The notes below the pieces were generated by a model. That model made no database searches, was not told the DNA's origin, and saw only the letters and a program-made list of their open reading frames with translations. The translations under genes were made by a program, and so were the position numbers. Shown here one piece after another: positions 57,806 to 64,000 of a DNA stretch of 64,000 nt (within the stretch, counting starts at the first letter, position 1; each line of letters begins with the position of its first letter). Location of the stretch: contig NZ_JBOEFY010000037.1 in NCBI RefSeq assembly GCF_050633145.1, forward strand, positions 7,648-71,647. Reading direction: 5' to 3'. The stretch comes from Kordia sp. (GTDB lineage Bacteria; Bacteroidota; Bacteroidia; Flavobacteriales; Flavobacteriaceae).

Positions 57806-59653
57806 TTATTCTACGGTTACGGATTTTGCCAAGTTTCTAGGTTGGTCTACATTACAATCGCGCATAACAGCAATATAATACGACAATAACTGTAAAGGAA
57901 TTGTTGTTAAAAGCGGTGTAAGCAACTCTAATGTTTCAGGAATTTCAATTACATAATCAGCAATTTTCTTAATGCTCTTATCTCCTTGCATTACCACTGC
58001 TATGATTTTTCCTTTCCTAGATTTTATCTCTTGAATGTTACTTACTACCTTTTCGTAGTGTCCTTTTCTTGTTGCAATTACCACAACTGGCATTTGCTCA
58101 TCAATTAATGCAATAGGTCCATGCTTCATTTCTGCTGCTGGATATCCTTCTGCATGGATATACGAAATTTCTTTTAGTTTTAATGCTCCTTCTAATGCTA
58201 CTGGGAAGTTATAACCTCTACCAAGGTACAAGAAGTTCGTTGCATCTTTGTATATATCGGCAATCGTTTTTACATGATTGTCTGATTGCAATGTTTTTTC
58301 AACTTTAGCAGGAATAGCATCCATTTCTGATAAATACGTATGGAATTCAGATTTAGAAATTGTTCCTTTTTTCTGTGCTAAGTTTAAAGCAATCAAGGTC
58401 AATACTGTAATTTGCGTTGTGAATGCTTTTGTTGAAGCAACTCCTATTTCTGGACCAGCATGCGTGTATGCACCAGCATCTGTTTCTCTTGATATTGAAG
58501 AACCTACTACATTACATACTCCAAATACAAATGCTCCTTTACTTTTTGCAAGTTTGATAGCCGCCATTGTATCTGCTGTTTCTCCCGATTGAGAAATTGC
58601 AATAACTACATCTTTCTCTGTAATAATTGGATTTCTGTATCTAAATTCGGAAGCATATTCTACCTCAACAGGTATTCTTGTTAAGTTTTCAAATACATAC
58701 TCCGCTACCAATCCTGCATGCCAAGATGTTCCGCAAGCAACGATTAAAATTCTGTTTGCATTTAAAAACTTTTCAATGTTATCATCAATTCCAGCCATTC
58801 TAATGATGCCTTCATTTGCTAACATTCTTCCTCTGAACGTATCCAAAATTGCTCTTGGTTGTTCATATATTTCTTTCAACATAAAGTGATCGTAACCACC
58901 TTTTTCAATCTGTTCTAAGTTTAATTGTAATTCTTGTACGTACGGATCAACTAAAGAATCGTCTTTTATTTTACGAACTTTTACTTTTTTACCTCTGCGC
59001 ACAATTGCCATTTCTTCATCTTCAAGGTAAATAGCATTATTTGTATACTCAATAAAAGGAGAGGCATCAGAAGCAATAAAAAATTCTTCTTCTCCAACAC
59101 CAATTACTAATGGGCTTCCTAAACGCGCTACAACAATTTCGTCTGGTTTATTTTTATCAAACACAGCAATTGCATACGCTCCTACCACTTGATTTAAAGC
59201 AATTTGAACTGCTTTTCCAAGTTTCACATTTTCGTTTTTCTTTACATCTTCAATAAGATTTACCAATACTTCAGTATCCGTATCTGATTTAAATGTAAAA
59301 CCTCTGTTGATTAATTCTTGTTTTAATGGCTCATAGTTTTCAATGATTCCATTATGAATAATTACCAACTCACCTGAGTTTGAATAATGAGGATGCGAAT
59401 TAACATCGTTTGGCTCTCCATGAGTTGCCCAACGTGTATGACCGATTGCTAAAGATCCATCGATTGAGATTTCTTCCTTTACACGTTTTTCTAAATCGAC
59501 AACCTTTCCTTTGGTTTTAGATAACTTGATGTTTTTGCCATCATATATAGCAACACCTGCACTATCATACCCTCGATATTCAAGTCTTTTTAAACCTTTT
59601 AACACCACAGGATATGCCTCTCTGTGACCTATATAACCTACGATTCCGCACAT
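57806..59653 (-). CDS. glmS: Glutamine-fructose-6-phosphate aminotransferase
   Basis: MCGIVGY, LEYRGYDSAG, GHTRWATHG, SQSGETADT, NVDQPRNLAKSVTVE. Confidence 0.98.
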   Translation of the reverse strand: MCGIVGYIGHREAYPVVLKGLKRLEYRGYDSAGVAIYDGKNIKLSKTKGKVVDLEKRVKEEISIDGSLAIGHTRWATHGEPNDVNSHPHYSNSGELVIIHNGIIENYEPLKQELINRGFTFKSDTDTEVLVNLIEDVKKNENVKLGKAVQIALNQVVGAYAIAVFDKNKPDEIVVARLGSPLVIGVGEEEFFIASDASPFIEYTNNAIYLEDEEMAIVRRGKKVKVRKIKDDSLVDPYVQELQLNLEQIEKGGYDHFMLKEIYEQPRAILDTFRGRMLANEGIIRMAGIDDNIEKFLNANRILIVACGTSWHAGLVAEYVFENLTRIPVEVEYASEFRYRNPIITEKDVVIAISQSGETADTMAAIKLAKSKGAFVFGVCNVVGSSISRETDAGAYTHAGPEIGVASTKAFTTQITVLTLIALNLAQKKGTISKSEFHTYLSEMDAIPAKVEKTLQSDNHVKTIADIYKDATNFLYLGRGYNFPVALEGALKLKEISYIHAEGYPAAEMKHGPIALIDEQMPVVVIATRKGHYEKVVSNIQEIKSRKGKIIAVVMQGDKSIKKIADYVIEIPETLELLTPLLTTIPLQLLSYYIAVMRDCNVDQPRNLAKSVTVE

Positions 59654-59673
59654 AATTTTTTAATTATTGATAT

Positions 59674-61314
59674 TTAATTGGTTTCTGGGATTGTGTAAAA
59701 TATTTCGAGCTTCAATCTTTTGTCTTCTGGTGAAGCTATTGTAGTTCCATACAATACAGTTCCGAACGGATTCATTATAGAAATAGTAGGAACAAATTCA
59801 TCATCTGTAGTTCCTGTTTCTACTTGTCCACTACCGATAACACGTATGTCGGAAGAGGCTACTAATCCTAGTTTTACGTTGGTTGAATCTAGACGTATTA
59901 CATTATTTAAGTGTTCTGTTAATCTAATTTTGTATCGCAATGGCTTATCATCTTCATCCAATTCTAAAATTCCTCCATGCACACCTTTTGATAGTGCTGG
60001 CGACGTTGCGTTGACTGTTTGATCTATAATATAATCATCTAATGGAATATTATTATCAAAGTTATACAAGTAAATACGTTGTGGATCTTCTGCTGCATCA
60101 ACTTGAACATCTCTATTCACATAGAAAACTAAGTTTGCATCATTAATAAGCCATCCGTTTTCTCTAATTTCTTCTAATTGATCTGCTACACCATTATTAT
60201 CTGTATCAGGTCCAAAAAGTTCAATAGTAGTCATAGCTCCTTCTCCTCCTTTTAAGTACAAATTATTATTGTTTGCCGTAACATCTTGTGTAAATGTAGG
60301 CGTACTAAATGTATTTACAATGTTCGCCGTTGATAAGCTTAGGTTAAATGATGCTTTTTCCAACTCTACTGTATCATCAGAGTCATCTGTATTTCCTTGC
60401 GTATTTACTTTTTGATATACATAATTGATTTCAATATTTGCGTTTTGAAGATCTAATAACATTAATGCCTCTGTATTATCTGCTGTAATATGCAGACCTC
60501 TAAATACATCTTCTGCTCTAAATACGTTATTATTTGATAACTTAATACTTCCTTCGTTGTCAATAATTCTTTCTTGGAAGAAATCAGCATCTAATTTCAC
60601 ACGAATTCGAGGAGATAATGTAGCTTCTATAACTGGATCTCCGTTTTCATCAAGTACAGCTGCTCCATTTGCATCTTTTTCCTCAACTTCTATCTGCTCC
60701 TGATTTATCATATAAGCAGTATCTTGATAAAGTGTTTGCCCTACTTCTGTTGAAAAATCTTGATCAGAAAAATAGATTTGTGGATCTCCGTTTTCATCAG
60801 TCGCTCTTAAAAAATAAGTAAGTTCCTGCACATGTAAATTAAATGTTTGATTTACATTTCCGTACAAAGAATCTACTTCTACTTCTGTTTCTCCATCATC
60901 ATTAACTGTAGCTGAACTAAAGTAAGGAATGTTTAACCATACTTCTGTAACAGTTTCCATTTCTTCAAAATCTGTCAAATCTTCATCTTCTTCCGCTTGA
61001 CTCTTGTCTCCGAACTCAGGATCTTCTGTTCCTGCAATTAAACTTGCTTGTACTGTAAGACTTGAATACGTAGTTCCGTATACAGGATCTACATTTTTAC
61101 CAAGTTGATATACTGGCAATCCATTTGCTTGTACTGGATTTAAGCGTATGTTAGACGTAACTATTTGAGAATCTGCAAACAACTGAGTAGTGAAGTTATT
61201 GTTTTCAATAATTTCATCACCAACCGTACTAAATTCGTCATCACAAGCTACAAAGCCTAGTATCATTAAAAGCACTACTAAGCCACCCGTGAGTGTCTTT
61301 TTAAATTTGTTCAT
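59674..61314 (-). CDS. DUF4270-like lipoprotein
   Basis: Lipobox FVAC-DD, YLKGGEG, LINDANL.FYV, KRLKLEIFYT; usual glmS neighbourhood. Confidence 0.75.
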   Translation of the reverse strand: MNKFKKTLTGGLVVLLMILGFVACDDEFSTVGDEIIENNNFTTQLFADSQIVTSNIRLNPVQANGLPVYQLGKNVDPVYGTTYSSLTVQASLIAGTEDPEFGDKSQAEEDEDLTDFEEMETVTEVWLNIPYFSSATVNDDGETEVEVDSLYGNVNQTFNLHVQELTYFLRATDENGDPQIYFSDQDFSTEVGQTLYQDTAYMINQEQIEVEEKDANGAAVLDENGDPVIEATLSPRIRVKLDADFFQERIIDNEGSIKLSNNNVFRAEDVFRGLHITADNTEALMLLDLQNANIEINYVYQKVNTQGNTDDSDDTVELEKASFNLSLSTANIVNTFSTPTFTQDVTANNNNLYLKGGEGAMTTIELFGPDTDNNGVADQLEEIRENGWLINDANLVFYVNRDVQVDAAEDPQRIYLYNFDNNIPLDDYIIDQTVNATSPALSKGVHGGILELDEDDKPLRYKIRLTEHLNNVIRLDSTNVKLGLVASSDIRVIGSGQVETGTTDDEFVPTISIMNPFGTVLYGTTIASPEDKRLKLEIFYTIPETN

Positions 61315-61332
61315 AAGTGTAATCTGTTAACC

Positions 61333-62142
61333 TTAATTTAAAACTTTTGTATTATAAAAATCTGTGTATGCATCGGCAAATTCTTCACTGTTTTTATATT
61401 CAAGAACAGGTTTTTCAAGACCGGTGAGATATTCTTGAACATCAGCAGGAATTTCCTCAGATGCTATTACCACGGCATCCGAATGATCCACAGCAACTTT
61501 TAGAAGGTTAGAGTAGTTTGGTTCAGCAAGTATTTCTACATTACCATCACCAATATTATCAAATTTGATTTTACTTAGCATTTCTTTATCTAAAGTTCCA
61601 TCAAATTCTTGTTTATATACAGAAGTAACAATTTTACTATCTGTAAACAATGGTTCATCTTTGTAATATTTACGTAAGTATAGAGGCAATAAAGAAGCCA
61701 TCCATCCATGAACGTGAATGATGTCTGGTGCCCAGTTTAGTTTCTTTACAGTTTCTATAACACCTTTTGCAAAGAAAATAGCGCGCTCATCATTGTCTGG
61801 AAAAAGATTTCCTTCTTCATCAGTAAATGTAGCTTTACGCTTAAAGTATTCTTCGTTATCAATAAAATATACTTGTATTCTTTCTTTAGGTATTGAAGCT
61901 ACTTTAATAATTAATGGCATATCCATATCATTAATTACCAAATTCATTCCTGATAAACGAATTACTTCGTGTAATTGATGTCTTCTCTCATTGATATTTC
62001 CAAAACGTGGCATAAATATCCTAATTTGTCCACCTTTACTGTTTACCATTTTTGGAGCTTCAAATGACATTGATGAAATTTCAGTTTCTGGTAAATAGGG
62101 TACTACTTCAGATGAAACGTATAAGACTCTTTTATTATTCAT
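61333..62142 (-). CDS. Glycogen/starch synthase catalytic-domain protein (Glyco_transf_5)
   Basis: VLYVSSEVVPY, IRIFMPRFG, DNDERAIFF, PDIIHVHGW. Confidence 0.85.
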   Translation of the reverse strand: MNNKRVLYVSSEVVPYLPETEISSMSFEAPKMVNSKGGQIRIFMPRFGNINERRHQLHEVIRLSGMNLVINDMDMPLIIKVASIPKERIQVYFIDNEEYFKRKATFTDEEGNLFPDNDERAIFFAKGVIETVKKLNWAPDIIHVHGWMASLLPLYLRKYYKDEPLFTDSKIVTSVYKQEFDGTLDKEMLSKIKFDNIGDGNVEILAEPNYSNLLKVAVDHSDAVVIASEEIPADVQEYLTGLEKPVLEYKNSEEFADAYTDFYNTKVLN

Positions 62143-62247
62143 AAAAATACTTTTCCTTTAATAATTCAGCGTAAAACATGCAAAATTACAAAAATTATGT
62201 AGATTAACAGTAATATATTAAATTTGCACGCTGTTAATTTTTTCTAA

Positions 62248-63096
62248 ATGACTCTATTTTACACACAAAATACGCTGAAAACCTTTATTGAATCTCAAAA
62301 ATCTGAAGGAAAAACAATTGGCTTTGTCCCTACAATGGGCGCTTTACACAAAGGGCACTTATCGCTGGTAAAGAACGCTATGACTGACAATGATATTGTA
62401 TTTGTAAGTGTTTTTGTAAATCCCACACAGTTTGACAATGCCACAGATTTAGAGAAATATCCTCGCACGTTGGATGCAGATGTTTCTTTACTAAAAACTT
62501 TAGGAAAAAATATTTTTGTGTACGCTCCAAGTGTGAAAGATATCTACAATTCTGGCATAAATGCAGAAAAATTCAGTTTTGACGGACTCGAATTTGAAAT
62601 GGAAGGAAAATTTAGAACTGGACATTTTGATGGTGTTGGCACAATAGTAAAACGTCTTTTTGAAATTGTAACACCAACCAATGCTTATTTTGGAGAAAAA
62701 GACTTTCAACAATTAATGATTATCAAAAAGCTAGTTTCTAAATATAAAATTCCTGTCAATGTAATTGGCTGTGAAATATTCAGAGAAGTTTCGGGCTTAG
62801 CAATGAGTTCTCGAAATGAACGTTTATCTACAGAAGCAAGAAAAGAAAGTGCATTTATACACAAAACACTTATAGAAGCAAAGAATAAATTTGGCACAAA
62901 AAGTGCTACGCAAGTAAAAGAATGGGTTCAAAAGCAGTTTGACAAACATTCGCTACTTACATTAGAATATGTTGAAATTGCCAACATTAAAAATCTAAAA
63001 ACTGTAAAGCGAAAATCTAAAAACGAAACATATCGCATTTTCATTGCTGCTTTTATTGAAAACATTCGTCTAATTGACAATTTAGCACTGAATTAA
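62248..63096 (+). CDS. panC: Pantoate-beta-alanine ligase
   Basis: [51 protein letters not shown]. Confidence 0.97.
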   Translation: MTLFYTQNTLKTFIESQKSEGKTIGFVPTMGALHKGHLSLVKNAMTDNDIVFVSVFVNPTQFDNATDLEKYPRTLDADVSLLKTLGKNIFVYAPSVKDIYNSGINAEKFSFDGLEFEMEGKFRTGHFDGVGTIVKRLFEIVTPTNAYFGEKDFQQLMIIKKLVSKYKIPVNVIGCEIFREVSGLAMSSRNERLSTEARKESAFIHKTLIEAKNKFGTKSATQVKEWVQKQFDKHSLLTLEYVEIANIKNLKTVKRKSKNETYRIFIAAFIENIRLIDNLALN

Positions 63097-63124
63097 GAAC
63101 TTTAAAATCATTAACTTTGTCCCT

Positions 63125-63475
63125 ATGCAAGTAAACGTAGTAAAATCAAAAATACACAGAGTAAAAGTTACTGGAGCCGACTTGAATTATATTGGAAGTA
63201 TTACCATTGATGAAGACCTAATGGATGCTGCAAATATTGTTCAAGGAGAAAAAGTACAAATTGTAAATAACAATAATGGAGAACGTCTTGAAACCTATGC
63301 TATTCCCGGACCAAGAGGCAGTGGTGAAATTACCTTAAATGGTGCTGCAGCTAGAAGAGTAGCAAAAGGCGACACCCTTATATTAATTACATATACTTGG
63401 ATGAATATTGAAGAAGCAAAACAATTTAAACCTTCTTTAGTTTTCCCTAACGAAGCCGATAACACACTTACTTAG
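63125..63475 (+). CDS. panD: Aspartate 1-decarboxylase
   Basis: [14 protein letters not shown] autocleavage site, [14 protein letters not shown]. Confidence 0.97.
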   Translation: MQVNVVKSKIHRVKVTGADLNYIGSITIDEDLMDAANIVQGEKVQIVNNNNGERLETYAIPGPRGSGEITLNGAAARRVAKGDTLILITYTWMNIEEAKQFKPSLVFPNEADNTLT

Positions 63476-64000
63476 TTGAAAATAAAAACATCGAAAATAC
63501 TTAAAATAGTACTCCCACTTTGCTTGGGAGTTTTTTTAGTTTGGTATTCCTTATCCAAAACACCTTTAGATGAGCTGATTGCTCATTTTAAAAAAGCGAA
63601 CTATTATTGGGTAGGCTTAGGTGTATTTTTTGGACTTTTAAGTCACTTATCCAGAGCGTATCGCTGGCAATACATGTTAGAACCTTTGGGTTACAAGCCA
63701 AAATATTCAAATAGCATCATGGCCGTTTTTGTAGCGTATTTGGCAAATTTAGGAATTCCACGATCAGGAGAAGCACTTAGAGCCTTGACATTAACCAATT
63801 ACGAAAATGTTCCTTTCGAAAAAGGATTTGGAACTATTGTTGCCGAACGTGTTGCCGATTTAATCGTCATGCTTTTCGTAATCGCGATAACCCTTTTTAT
63901 GCAGTTTGATTTTATTTGGGAGTTACTCATGACAAAGCTCGATCCTACAAAAGTAATCCTACTACTTTCTGCGATGATTATTGGCGGAATTACACTCATC
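63476..64000 (+). CDS. Lysylphosphatidylglycerol synthase TM-region (flippase-like) protein, 3'-truncated; not in ORF track
   Basis: TTG start right after panD stop: MKIKTSKILKIVLPLCLGVFLVWYSL...SHLSRAYRW..ML...ANLGIPRSGE. Confidence 0.8.
   Translation, partial: MKIKTSKILKIVLPLCLGVFLVWYSLSKTPLDELIAHFKKANYYWVGLGVFFGLLSHLSRAYRWQYMLEPLGYKPKYSNSIMAVFVAYLANLGIPRSGEALRALTLTNYENVPFEKGFGTIVAERVADLIVMLFVIAITLFMQFDFIWELLMTKLDPTKVILLLSAMIIGGITLI

Noticed and set aside
59654-59673. glmS ribozyme
   Set aside because: Only 20 nt separate glmS from the upstream gene; no room for the ribozyme
61333-62142. Short glycogen synthase as a pseudogene
   Set aside because: ORF is intact with clean ends; single-domain versions beside DUF4270/glmS/panC are to my knowledge normal in Bacteroidota

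Overview
AT-rich Flavobacteriaceae chromosome; the many Lx(L/F/I)xKxxI...GG micro-peptides suggest a Kordia-like genome, but the genus is an inference. The housekeeping backbone (gldD/gldE, ssb, mutY, HU, an unlisted bS22 gene, RNase G/E, recX, bioB/A/D/F, atpDC, glmS, panCD) is interrupted by accessory material. (1) A ~4.8 kb island is bounded by a ~110 bp direct repeat of the RNase G/E 3' end plus terminator. It encodes a compact three-gene isocyanide (isonitrile) cluster with two unusual fusions, TetR-isocyanide synthase and Fe/2OG dioxygenase-UbiA prenyltransferase, plus an FAD oxidoreductase. (2) At least eight double-glycine-leader peptide genes are dispersed through the window; three are missing from the ORF track. 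No modifying enzyme or peptidase-ABC exporter is in the window. Six cluster around two signal peptide-TPR-TM-AraC sensors and share upstream DNA motifs, and one follows an ECF sigma / anti-sigma / TPR-CHAT protease operon. Together these suggest an undescribed peptide signalling system. (3) A metal locus contains a candidate arrest-peptide uORF. (4) The biotin region carries a FabF-like enzyme and a JmjC oxygenase but no recognisable pimelate-synthesis gene. (5) Four tandem paralogues lie downstream of atpC. No rRNA, tRNA, CRISPR array, integrase or transposase was recognised.
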